From positions 4,750-68,749 of the forward strand of contig JAHCSE010000018.1 of NCBI GenBank assembly GCA_018609195.1: DNA of 64,000 bases, read 5' to 3'. This DNA is from Patescibacteria group bacterium (GTDB lineage Bacteria > Patescibacteriota > Minisyncoccia > Minisyncoccales > RBG-13-36-15). Under the pieces are notes generated by a model that was given only the letters and a program-made list of their open reading frames with translations, was not told the origin of the DNA and made no database searches. The position numbers and the translations under genes were made by a program. This document shows positions 9,117-18,453 of this stretch, one piece after another; the stretch's first letter is position 1, and each line of letters opens with the position of its first letter.

Positions 9117-9149
9117 AAAATCGCCAAGGGGGCGGTTTTTTGATAAAAT
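9117..9149 (+). terminator. ATCGCC..GGCGGT hairpin + T-run fused to extended -10 (TGATAAAAT)
   Basis: aaaaaaatcgccaagggggcggttttttgataaaat. Confidence 0.55.
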
Positions 9150-9182
9150 ACAGGAATATGGAAGAAGATAAGAATTATCTTA

Positions 9183-10532
9183 TTGAAGCAAATGAATATG
9201 ATTGCAAGGAACTCTAAAAGAAAACTTCTATTTATATCAAAAGAAAATCTAAGTGGCGATCTTGCATGGCAACTAAAACGCAACGGTCATGAGGTAAAAG
9301 CTTATATTGAAACAAAGGAGGATGTCGATGTTTATACTGGCTTCATTGAGAGAATAAAATCATGGAAACCTTATAAAAATTGGGCCGATGTCATAATATT
9401 TGATGATGTGGGCTTTGGAGAGATCGCTGATAGCCTTCGTAAACAAGGCAAGCTAGTAATAGGAGGTAGTAAATATACTGACAGATTAGAAAAAGATCGT
9501 AAGTTTGGTCAATTAGAACTCAAAAAATATGGGATAAACATACTGCCAAGTTGGCAGTTCTCTGATTATGATAAAGCCATGTGCTTTATTCGTAAAAATC
9601 CCATGCCCTATATATTCAAGCCAAGTAGTAATAGATTACAGGATGGTGAAAATAAAGAATACGAAAAAGATTTAATTGTTTTGGGAGAAGAAAAAAACGG
9701 CAAAGATCTTCTTGAATTTCTTGAACAAAACAAGATTATTTTACAAAAAAAATGTCCAACTTTTTTAATCCAGAAATTCGTAAGAGGAGTTGAAGTTGCA
9801 GTTGGGGCATTTTTCAACGGAAAAGAGTTTATTTACCCCATCAATATTAATTTTGAACACAAGAGATTTTTCCCCGGCAATATCGGTCCCTTTACGGGTG
9901 AAATGGGAACACTTATGTACTGGAGTTCATCGAATACTTTATTCCGTGCAACACTTAAACGTATGCTGCCCGCACTTAAGGAATCTGGTTATATAGGTTA
10001 TATCGATATTAATTGTATTGTGAATAATGAGGGAATATATCCACTTGAATTTACTTCTCGATTTGGATATCCCACAATTCAAATTCAACTTGAGGGGATA
10101 ACCACACCAACAGCAGAATGGTTATATCGCTTAGCGAGGGGAGAAAAATTTCAGATTCAGACAAAACGAGGTTTTCAGGTCGGTGTAGTAATTTTAGTGC
10201 CTTCATATTTCTCGTATTTTTTTGGAGGAAACAATCGAGAACTTATCAAAACATATAAAAATTTAACAATTATTTTTAAAAATTCATCTAATTTAGGAGG
10301 TGTTCATATTGGGGACGTGAAAAAAGATAAACAAGATGTTTGGCGTATTGCCGGAGGATCAGGTTGGCTTCTTGTTGTGACTGGAAGCGGTGTTACTGTA
10401 AAAAAAGCAAGACAGAAAACCCACAAACTAATAAGGGATATTAAAATTCCACATATGTTTTATCGTACTGATATAGGTAAAAATTGGAGAGTGGATAGTA
10501 AAAAACTTCGCACCTGGGGTTATATTAATTAA
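9183..10532 (+). CDS. ATP-grasp enzyme, phosphoribosylamine-glycine ligase (PurD)-like
   Basis: FEHKRFFPGNIGPFTGEMGT resembles the PurD (N)EHKR..GP.TGGMG motif within an ATP-grasp layout. Start codon uncertain. Confidence 0.55.
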   Translation: MKQMNMIARNSKRKLLFISKENLSGDLAWQLKRNGHEVKAYIETKEDVDVYTGFIERIKSWKPYKNWADVIIFDDVGFGEIADSLRKQGKLVIGGSKYTDRLEKDRKFGQLELKKYGINILPSWQFSDYDKAMCFIRKNPMPYIFKPSSNRLQDGENKEYEKDLIVLGEEKNGKDLLEFLEQNKIILQKKCPTFLIQKFVRGVEVAVGAFFNGKEFIYPININFEHKRFFPGNIGPFTGEMGTLMYWSSSNTLFRATLKRMLPALKESGYIGYIDINCIVNNEGIYPLEFTSRFGYPTIQIQLEGITTPTAEWLYRLARGEKFQIQTKRGFQVGVVILVPSYFSYFFGGNNRELIKTYKNLTIIFKNSSNLGGVHIGDVKKDKQDVWRIAGGSGWLLVVTGSGVTVKKARQKTHKLIRDIKIPHMFYRTDIGKNWRVDSKKLRTWGYIN

Positions 10533-10590
10533 ATTGTAGGTTTAATTAACTAAAAAATATCGCACAAGCTAAAAAATAACTTATCAAATA

Positions 10591-10637
10591 GTGTACCCTA
10601 TAAGGTACACTATAGGGTACACCATAGAGTACCCTAT
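10591..10637. promoter_or_regulatory. cluster of interlocking palindromes/direct repeats (GTGTACC/GGTACAC, GTACCCTATA/TATAGGGTAC)
   Basis: gtgtaccctataaggtacactatagggtacaccatagagtaccctat, about 135 nt upstream of the excisionase-family HTH gene. Confidence 0.45.
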
Positions 10638-10665
10638 TTCGTGGAATAAAAAAATGCCCATCGCT

Positions 10666-10714
10666 GGGACGTAAAGTCCCCGTGGGGACCACGTCCCTTT
10701 ACGGGGCGTTTTTT
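10666..10714 (+). terminator. GC-rich hairpin(s) with T-run; two mutually exclusive pairings are possible
   Basis: GGGACGTaaaGTCCCCgtGGGGACcACGTCCC versus CCCCGT..ACGGGG + cgtttttt. Confidence 0.5.
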
Positions 10715-10717
10715 ATT

Positions 10718-10765
10718 CTGTCAAAAATTGCCAAAATTGACAGAGAAAAGATGAAAAGTTAAAAT
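10718..10765 (+). promoter_or_regulatory. promoter with palindrome over -35
   Basis: CTGTCAA..TTGACAG inverted repeat; TTGACA (10737-10742), 17 nt, TAAAAT (10760-10765). Confidence 0.5.
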
Positions 10766-10772
10766 AAAACAT

Positions 10773-10964
10773 ATGGATAAACTCTTAACCATAAAAGAAG
10801 TTGCCAAATATTTAAGAGTCAGCGAGCGTTCAGTCAACCGTTATATTGAATCTGGCCGGCTTAAAGCCTCCAAAATCGGCCAATGGAGAATCAAACAAAG
10901 CGATTTAGAAAAATTTTTAAAAGAAAACTCAAATGACAAAAGAAGGTTTAAGAAAAAGCTATAA
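10773..10964 (+). CDS. excisionase-family helix-turn-helix DNA-binding protein
   Basis: LTIKEVAKYLRVSERSVNRYIESGRLKASKIG matches the excisionase/MerR-like HTH pattern. Confidence 0.7.
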   Translation: MDKLLTIKEVAKYLRVSERSVNRYIESGRLKASKIGQWRIKQSDLEKFLKENSNDKRRFKKKL

Positions 10965-11631
10965 GATAAAAGATTTACCTAAAGTTGAAAGGCCGAGAGA
11001 GAAATTGATTTCAAAAGGCGCCCAAAACCTAAAAGATGAAGAACTTTTAGCTATTTTACTCCGGACCGGCAGGGAAGGTAAGAATGTTTTAGATTTGGCA
11101 AAACAAATTTTAAATAAATTTTCTAAAAAGAGGTTCTTTAAAATGAAATATGAAGATTTAATAAAGATTGATGGAATAGACCAATCTAAGGCTTGTACAA
11201 TTTTAGCCTCTCAGGAATTGATCCAAAGAGCGTTAAAGGTTAGAGACGAAAGTTTACCTCAAATCAAATCGATTCAAGATGTTTTAGCTCAAGCGGTTTA
11301 TATGAGAGATAAAACTCGTGAGCATTTAATGGCAATTTATCTTAATGCCAGAAATGAGATGGTTTACAAAAAGCCAATGTTTGTTGGCACACTTAATGCT
11401 AATCTTGTTCATCCTCGGGAAATTTTTAATGAAGCTCTGAAACAAAATGCAGCTTCAGTCATTCTAGTCCACAACCATCCTTCTGGAAATCCCGAACCTT
11501 CAGAAGACGATTTAGAAATTACCAAAAGGCTAATTGAAGCTGGTAAAATAATGGGCATTGATGTTTTAGACCACATAATTATTGCCAAAAACAAACCTCC
11601 TTTTAGTTTCAAAGAGAAAAAATTGATTTAA
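10933..11631 (+). CDS. radC: RadC-like JAB/MPN domain protein
   Basis: ERPREKL, ELLAILLRTG and HNHPSGNPEPSEDD (JAMM motif). Confidence 0.85.
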   Translation: MTKEGLRKSYKIKDLPKVERPREKLISKGAQNLKDEELLAILLRTGREGKNVLDLAKQILNKFSKKRFFKMKYEDLIKIDGIDQSKACTILASQELIQRALKVRDESLPQIKSIQDVLAQAVYMRDKTREHLMAIYLNARNEMVYKKPMFVGTLNANLVHPREIFNEALKQNAASVILVHNHPSGNPEPSEDDLEITKRLIEAGKIMGIDVLDHIIIAKNKPPFSFKEKKLI

Positions 11632-11635
11632 AATT

Positions 11636-13345
11636 ATGGCAAAGACTAATAAAAAATCAGAGGTTGAAAAATTGAAAGGCGAAGTTGATCGCCTGAAAAA
11701 GGAATTGAAGAAAAGGAAGAAATACGGCTTGGTTTGGGAAGAAAAACCTGAAGAAGTGGTTGAGATGTGCAAAGAAAAACTGCCAGTGCTAAAAGAAGTA
11801 AAAAATAAAGAAATAATCACCGACAAAGACAAGCCGGTAAATTTACTGATTGAAGGCGACAATTATCACGCCCTTTCAGTTTTGAATTATACCCACGCAA
11901 AAAAAGTTGATGTCATTTACATTGATCCACCGTATAACACCGGTAAGCCAAAGGAATTTAAATATAACGATAAGTGGGTAGATCTTAATGATGGGTATAG
12001 ACATAGTAAGTGGGTTGCTTTTATGGAAAAAAGGATGAAGCTGGCTAAAAATTTACTTAAAGATACTGGACTTATTTTTATTTCTATCGATGATAATGAG
12101 TTGGCCCAGTTGAAGTTGTTGATGGACAGACAGCCAGAATTATTTGGAGAAAATAATAAAATAGGAATTTTTACGATAGAGACTCCGAATCAAACCTCCG
12201 ATGTTAATAAAATAAAGAACTCCGATTTCTTATTAGTATATGGGAAAACATCACAAGCGGCGTTTAAGTTGTTATTTAAAAAACAGGTTGCGAGGTGTAC
12301 TACAGGAAAGGAGAACCAAACACAACCAATTATAGAATTCCCCAAGGGGTTAAAAGTGGTTGGTGTGTCAGATGGGATATATAAAGATACGAGAAAAACA
12401 AATGGTATGGAAGATATTTTTTTAATAAAAGGACCAATAATCGTAAGAAACGGGAAACTGGTTCAATCTATCAGATTAAAAGCCAGATGGGCCAATCCAA
12501 ATGATATGAAACGATTTATAAATAAATTTATCAGCAAAAGCAAGCATCCAATATTTAATAAATTTGGCAAAGAACTTTTAGATCTATATCTGCTAGGCGA
12601 TCGTTTTCAGCCACAAATGGTAAAGCGTGGCTTTGATATACCCCATACAATCTTGTTAGGATTTACTCAAAAAGGAGGAGATTTATTAAAAAATATTTTA
12701 CACAAAGAAACATTACAATATCCCAAGCACCCATCATTTATAAAATATTTATTAAGCATTTCAATAGACAAAAACTCCATCGTGTTAGATTTTATGGCTG
12801 GCTCTGGCACTACTGGCCATGCGGTTTTGGAACTTAATAAAGAAGATGATGGCAATCGCCAATTTATTCTTTGTACCAATAACGAAAACAATATTTGTAC
12901 CGATGTTTGTTATCCAAGGATTAAAAAAGTTATTAGAGGATACAAAAATTCGAAAGGGGAAAAGGTGGAAGGATTAGGCGGTAACCTAAAATATTTCAAA
13001 ACTAATTTTGTCGATGCTGAACCGACCGATAAAAATAAAATTAAACTTACACAGCAAGCTACGGAGATGCTTTGTATTAGAGAAGAAACTTTTGAAAAAG
13101 TTTTAGACAAAAAGGATTTTAAAATTTTCAAAAATAATAATCATTATACCGGCATAATTTTTGACCAATTAGCAATCCCAGGATTTAAAAAGACAATTAA
13201 AAACATCAAGGGTAAGTTTAGCGTCTATGTTTTTTCGCTAAGCGACGAAACTTTTGACGAAGAATTCGCTGATATTAAACAAAAAGTAAAATTATCTCCT
13301 ATACCAGAAGCGATTTTAAGGGTGTATAGGAGAATATTTAGATAG
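11636..13345 (+). CDS. mod: Type III-like (beta-class) N6-adenine/N4-cytosine DNA methyltransferase (Mod)
   Basis: DVIYIDPPYNTG (motif IV) precedes VLDFMAGSGTTGHA (motif I). Gene is 4 nt after radC and 4 nt before the next gene. Confidence 0.85.
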   Translation: MAKTNKKSEVEKLKGEVDRLKKELKKRKKYGLVWEEKPEEVVEMCKEKLPVLKEVKNKEIITDKDKPVNLLIEGDNYHALSVLNYTHAKKVDVIYIDPPYNTGKPKEFKYNDKWVDLNDGYRHSKWVAFMEKRMKLAKNLLKDTGLIFISIDDNELAQLKLLMDRQPELFGENNKIGIFTIETPNQTSDVNKIKNSDFLLVYGKTSQAAFKLLFKKQVARCTTGKENQTQPIIEFPKGLKVVGVSDGIYKDTRKTNGMEDIFLIKGPIIVRNGKLVQSIRLKARWANPNDMKRFINKFISKSKHPIFNKFGKELLDLYLLGDRFQPQMVKRGFDIPHTILLGFTQKGGDLLKNILHKETLQYPKHPSFIKYLLSISIDKNSIVLDFMAGSGTTGHAVLELNKEDDGNRQFILCTNNENNICTDVCYPRIKKVIRGYKNSKGEKVEGLGGNLKYFKTNFVDAEPTDKNKIKLTQQATEMLCIREETFEKVLDKKDFKIFKNNNHYTGIIFDQLAIPGFKKTIKNIKGKFSVYVFSLSDETFDEEFADIKQKVKLSPIPEAILRVYRRIFR

Positions 13346-13349
13346 AAAT

Positions 13350-16109
13350 ATGGCTAATCAAAGTCTATACCAAAGAGGATCGAAATGGAGAAAATGGGAT
13401 TTACAAATCCATTGCCCTGATGATGTTCTCAATAATCAGTTTAATGGTAAGACTTCCGATGAGAAATGGGAGAGTTATATTGCGAAAATAGAAAGAACAG
13501 ATTTAGAAGGTGTGGGGTTAACCAATTATTTTTGTATAAATGGGTACGAAAAAATTTTGAGTTATAAAAAGAAGGGTAGATTGGATAAGATAAAAATTAT
13601 TTTGTCAAATATAGAATTTCGGTTATCGCAGCCGAATCGTAGTGGAGAATACATAAATTTACATGTTATTTTTTCTGACTCGGTAAGTATAAAGAAAATT
13701 AAAGATTTTCTTGCTAGGCTTCCTATCATTGGCACGGATTCTAAAAATAGAAGTCTATTCTGTACAGAAAATGATTTACAGCAAATTGGTTATGATAAGG
13801 CACTAGTTGAATTTAGTGAATTACGAAAAAAATTAAAAGAAAACTTTGTTCATAGAAAAGATTATCTTATTGCTGGAGTTTCAAGAGGTTATGGTTCTTT
13901 TAGACCTTCACCGAATGAAGGTAGGGGAGCATCGTTAGCAATCGAAATTGATAAAATATCCGATTTCTTTTTTGGGAAAATAGAAGATGTTAACTTTTTT
14001 TTAGGTATTGGAAGATATAAAAATGCAAAGCCAAAACCAGTTGTACGAGTTTCTGATGCTCATAGACTAGAAAAGATTGGCTCTGAATTTTCTTGGATTA
14101 AAGCTGACCCCACTTTTGAAGGATTGAAACAAATAATTTACGAACCGGAATTAAGAACTTCTTTAGGAGAAAGACCAGAGCTTTACTTATATCCACAAAT
14201 TATTTCGGTTCAATTGAAAGGGGTCGAAAGATACCAAGGCCAACAGGACATCGAAGATTTCCCGCCTATAAATCTCGGAAAACAAATTTTTTTCAGCTCC
14301 AATTTAACAAATATTGTTGGTCCTCGGGCTTCTGGAAAAACTGTTCTTGTAGAATTACTTAATTATCCATTTAATCAACATCAAAAAGAGGCTAAAAAAG
14401 ATGAGAAATTACCTTTAATTCGCTTCTTATCAAAGAGATTCCCGGGTTTAACTGTTGAGATTTTATATCAGCAAGGAGAAAAAGAAATAGATGGAATAAA
14501 GAGAAAGATTGTTGATTTATTAGACCCGTTTTATACACCGCCTTTAACTATGGAATATTGGTCGCAAGGACAAATAGAGCAAGTGGCTAATAAAAAAGAG
14601 AAGTTAGATGAGTACATAAGAAATAGGTTAGAATCAACTCTTCTTTCGAACCTTTCTCTAAAAATTGATGAATTGAAAGAAAATCTAAAAAAATTGCGTG
14701 AAAAATATCTCCGTAAATTCGAGGTAGAGATTGAACAAAAGAAGCTTTTAGCAGAGAAAAAGCAAATTGAAGAATATTTTGAAAAACTAAAAACCAAAGA
14801 GTACAAAGATTTAATCAAGAAAATCAGAGAAAATAGGACAAACAGCCAACTTTTAGATACATTTATCGAAAATATTCAAACAATAATTAAATTTTTAGAA
14901 GAAGCCAATAAACAGTTTAGTTTTATAAGTCTTCCTGATAAGGGTGAACTTTTAAAATTATTTCCCAAGAGCCCTTCAACATCTCAAGAGATTGAGAATT
15001 TTTATAAATTTATTAAGAGTGATTTTGCAACTATCATTAAAAGATTTCCAAGGCTTCAACAGAACATCAGTAGTTCGGAAGAAAGAAAAAGATTAGCAAA
15101 AGAAGCTACGCTACTTAAAAAAGAGTTCCTTGCTTATTGTAAAAAACACGGAGTCAAGATTACACAATTAGAATATGAGAAACGGACAAAAAGATTAGAC
15201 GCTGTAAATCGCCAGTTAAGAGTATTAGAAGCTAAATTAAAGGAGTACGAAGCAGCAAAAGAAACACATAGTCAGTTTGCACAACAGCTTAATAGAAAAT
15301 TAGCCAAATGGGAAGAAGAAAATAATCGGATACTTAAGAAATTTAACAAACTGTCCTCAAAGACCAATGTCAGAGTAGTTTGGGATAACCCCTTTAAAAG
15401 ACTACCGGAATGGATAAAAAAACAATTTTTAGCTAGTGATTCAGTAGCCAAACCACTAATAAGAAAATATTTTTATATTTTCTCTCCTGTTAAAGAAAAT
15501 TTTATTGAAGAAATTGTAAAAGAATTAGTAGAAAGTAAGAAGTACTCGATAGAAAAGATTATTGAAAATTTGAACAATAAAGAACGACCGGCATTAGTGA
15601 AAAGTGGTGGAAAACAGGAAAATTTAAAATGGTTTTTTCAACGAGATGAAACAGAAATTATGCGCAAGGATTTAATTATGAGACTTCAAGAATATGCCGA
15701 GAGAGGAATTAATCTTATTCAATATAAAGGGAAAATTCTTGGTAAAGACAGCATGTCCTTCGGTGAACGCTGTGGTACTCTTATTGAACTTATTTTACAA
15801 TCAGGAGACCACCCACTTATTATTGATCAGCCTGAGGAACATCTTGACTCAAAGTTTATTGCAGACCGAGTTGTGAATATTATTAGAGGGCAAAAAATAA
15901 AGCGCCAAATAATCATATGTACACATAATGCAAATATTGTAGTATTGGGCGATTCAGAATTAGTTACAGTACTTTCTGCGGATAGACAGGGTACAGATGC
16001 CTATCAAGGTTCTTTGGAAAATTCAAAGCTTAGAAAGCAAATTTATGATGTTTTAGAAGGTGGTCCCGAGGCATTTAAGAAAAGAGAACAAAAATATGGT
16101 TTTAAATAA
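13350..16109 (+). CDS. PHP phosphoesterase domain fused to Rad50/SbcC-like coiled-coil ABC ATPase
   Basis: N-terminus has WDLQIHCPDD, NLHVIF and VSDAHRLE (PHP His/Asp motifs). Walker A GPRASGKT starts at aa 324. A long K/E-rich coiled-coil follows, then signature-like SFGERCG, Walker B LIIDQPEEHLD (D826) and H-loop CTHNANI. Confidence 0.75.
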   Translation: MANQSLYQRGSKWRKWDLQIHCPDDVLNNQFNGKTSDEKWESYIAKIERTDLEGVGLTNYFCINGYEKILSYKKKGRLDKIKIILSNIEFRLSQPNRSGEYINLHVIFSDSVSIKKIKDFLARLPIIGTDSKNRSLFCTENDLQQIGYDKALVEFSELRKKLKENFVHRKDYLIAGVSRGYGSFRPSPNEGRGASLAIEIDKISDFFFGKIEDVNFFLGIGRYKNAKPKPVVRVSDAHRLEKIGSEFSWIKADPTFEGLKQIIYEPELRTSLGERPELYLYPQIISVQLKGVERYQGQQDIEDFPPINLGKQIFFSSNLTNIVGPRASGKTVLVELLNYPFNQHQKEAKKDEKLPLIRFLSKRFPGLTVEILYQQGEKEIDGIKRKIVDLLDPFYTPPLTMEYWSQGQIEQVANKKEKLDEYIRNRLESTLLSNLSLKIDELKENLKKLREKYLRKFEVEIEQKKLLAEKKQIEEYFEKLKTKEYKDLIKKIRENRTNSQLLDTFIENIQTIIKFLEEANKQFSFISLPDKGELLKLFPKSPSTSQEIENFYKFIKSDFATIIKRFPRLQQNISSSEERKRLAKEATLLKKEFLAYCKKHGVKITQLEYEKRTKRLDAVNRQLRVLEAKLKEYEAAKETHSQFAQQLNRKLAKWEEENNRILKKFNKLSSKTNVRVVWDNPFKRLPEWIKKQFLASDSVAKPLIRKYFYIFSPVKENFIEEIVKELVESKKYSIEKIIENLNNKERPALVKSGGKQENLKWFFQRDETEIMRKDLIMRLQEYAERGINLIQYKGKILGKDSMSFGERCGTLIELILQSGDHPLIIDQPEEHLDSKFIADRVVNIIRGQKIKRQIIICTHNANIVVLGDSELVTVLSADRQGTDAYQGSLENSKLRKQIYDVLEGGPEAFKKREQKYGFK

Positions 16110-16123
16110 TTTTTAAATCGTTT

Positions 16124-18352
16124 ATGCGACTAAAAATTTATCAAGAAAACGCAATAGAGGAATTATTAGAGAAAGCCAAGAAACTTTTAGGTTATTCTGG
16201 CGAGAAAAAGCTTGTTTTTAAGGCGCCGACAGGTTCAGGAAAAACAATAATGATGGCAGAATTTTTGAAACAACTGGTTGATGATAGAGAAATAAGGCAA
16301 AACCTTACTTTTATTTGGACGGCGCCAAGACAACTCCATATTCAAAGTAGAGCTAAGTTAGAAAATTATTTTGAAGAAAGCCGAGCGTTAAAATGCTCAT
16401 ATTTTGAGGATTTAGATGACAGGAAAATCGGCGAGAATGAAACTTTGTTTTTTAATTGGGAGAGCATAAACAGAGCTGATAATGTCTATATTCGCGATAA
16501 TGAGCAGGATTTTAATTTATCCAAAGTACTGGAAAGAACGAAAGAAGAGGGTAGAGAAATAATCTTGATTATTGATGAAGCCCATCATCACGCAACAAGC
16601 GAAATTTCTCAAGGATTGATTCAGATGATTGGACCAAAGTTGACGATTGATGTTTCCGCAACGCCGGCTATCATTGATCCTGACGCCGAAAAAGTAAATG
16701 TTCATTTGGAAGAAGTAAAAAGGGAAGGAATGATTAAAAAGGCAGTGGTCTTGAATGAAGAGTTTGTCAATCTTTTGAAAAGAGGAAAGATCGAATCTGA
16801 TTTAAGTGGCAGTAGTGAAGAATTGGTTATTGATGCGGCATTGAAAAAACAAAAAGGATTATTAAAAGCATTTCAAAAAGAGAAGGCAAAAATTAATCCA
16901 TTAATTTTGATTCAACTTCCAGACAGGATTGGACAGCTTGAAGATATAATGAAAGATAGGGTGATTAGAATTTTAAAAGATAAATATAAAATCTCAATCG
17001 AAAATGGCAAGTTAGCAATTTGGCTTTCAGGAGAACATATTAATAAAGAAGATGTTGAGAAAAATGACAGCGAAGTAGAGGTTTTAATTTTCAAGCAGGC
17101 GATTGCTTTAGGTTGGGATTGCCCTCGCGCGCAGATTTTAGTTTTGTTTAGACAATGGCACAGCCCAATATTTTCTATTCAAACAGTGGGTAGAATTATG
17201 AGAATGCCGGAACCAATAAAAGGACATTATGAAAATGATATTTTGAACTACAGCTATGTATATACCAACTTGAGCGATATAGAAATTAAAGAAGATATTG
17301 CTCGCGATTATATTACTATTTACACAAGCAAGAGACGACCTGATTATAAGCCAATAAATTTACTATCTTGTTATTCAAAACGATATCGTGAGAAAACAAG
17401 ATTATCGCCGCTTTTTATAGAGTTGTTTTTGAAGGAGACGAAAAGTTATGGGCTAAAAAAGAAAATAGATACGAAGGCGAAGAAATTGAATATAAAGGTT
17501 TTTAATGATTGGAAAGCTGAAAATATTGATTTATTAGCGGGGAAAACAATCGCTGGCGATAAAGCAATTAAAGTAAGTGGGTTTGATCTACAGAGATTGT
17601 TTGATTTTTTTGTAAGAAATAGTTTGAGAGAGGGCTCTGTTTCATTTTATCCAGAAGACAGGTCGGTTGGTCGTGTTAAAGAAGCAATTTATAAATTTTT
17701 TGAAACAGAATTCAAAATGAAGCGAGGCGAGGGAGAAGATGAGACCGCTCAGATTGTTTTAAGCGATAAAAATATTCAACAATTTGTTAATGTAATTGAT
17801 AAGACTAAAGAAGAATATCAGAAGGAAGTAGTTAAACGCGAACCAGAAATTATTCCTCTTGAAAATTGGGACATGCCAGAATCTTTAACTTTTGGTAGTG
17901 ATTATAAAAAAGAGGAGAGAAAAAAGAGTGTAATGCAGCCGTTTTACAGTGATAATAGATGGAAAACAGAAAAAGTATTCATTGAGTTTTTGGAAAAATC
18001 AGAGAATATTGAATGGTGGTTTAAAAATGGGGATCGAGACAAAATATTTTTCGCTGTGTCATATGATAATGGCGAGCAAAAACCTTTTTACGTTGATTTT
18101 ATCGTTAAGATAAAAGACGGAAGGATTGGCTTATTTGATACCAAGACGGGAATTACATTGCGAGATGCTAAACCGAAAATTGATGGTTTGTATAAGTATA
18201 TTCGAACGCAAAACAAAAAAGGCAAAAAACTTTTTGGTGGCATAGTTACTAACACTGACCAAAGAAATTATCGCGGAAGATGGATTTATTTTGATAAAAA
18301 TTCTAAAGAATTAAGAAACAATTTCAGTAACTGGCAAATTTTAGAATTATAA
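16124..18352 (+). CDS. res: Type III restriction enzyme Res-like helicase-nuclease
   Basis: FKAPTGSGKT (motif I) and IIDEAHH (motif II). C-terminal FYVDFIV..GLFDTKTG is PD-(D/E)XK-like. Confidence 0.8.
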   Translation: MRLKIYQENAIEELLEKAKKLLGYSGEKKLVFKAPTGSGKTIMMAEFLKQLVDDREIRQNLTFIWTAPRQLHIQSRAKLENYFEESRALKCSYFEDLDDRKIGENETLFFNWESINRADNVYIRDNEQDFNLSKVLERTKEEGREIILIIDEAHHHATSEISQGLIQMIGPKLTIDVSATPAIIDPDAEKVNVHLEEVKREGMIKKAVVLNEEFVNLLKRGKIESDLSGSSEELVIDAALKKQKGLLKAFQKEKAKINPLILIQLPDRIGQLEDIMKDRVIRILKDKYKISIENGKLAIWLSGEHINKEDVEKNDSEVEVLIFKQAIALGWDCPRAQILVLFRQWHSPIFSIQTVGRIMRMPEPIKGHYENDILNYSYVYTNLSDIEIKEDIARDYITIYTSKRRPDYKPINLLSCYSKRYREKTRLSPLFIELFLKETKSYGLKKKIDTKAKKLNIKVFNDWKAENIDLLAGKTIAGDKAIKVSGFDLQRLFDFFVRNSLREGSVSFYPEDRSVGRVKEAIYKFFETEFKMKRGEGEDETAQIVLSDKNIQQFVNVIDKTKEEYQKEVVKREPEIIPLENWDMPESLTFGSDYKKEERKKSVMQPFYSDNRWKTEKVFIEFLEKSENIEWWFKNGDRDKIFFAVSYDNGEQKPFYVDFIVKIKDGRIGLFDTKTGITLRDAKPKIDGLYKYIRTQNKKGKKLFGGIVTNTDQRNYRGRWIYFDKNSKELRNNFSNWQILEL

Positions 18353-18453
18353 AGATATTTAATCCCACGTCGCCTCAAAAAAAACAAAAAGAATTATTTG
18401 AAGGAGCAAACAAAAGGTCGAGGAGTTAATAGAGAACGAAGATAGATAGATTC

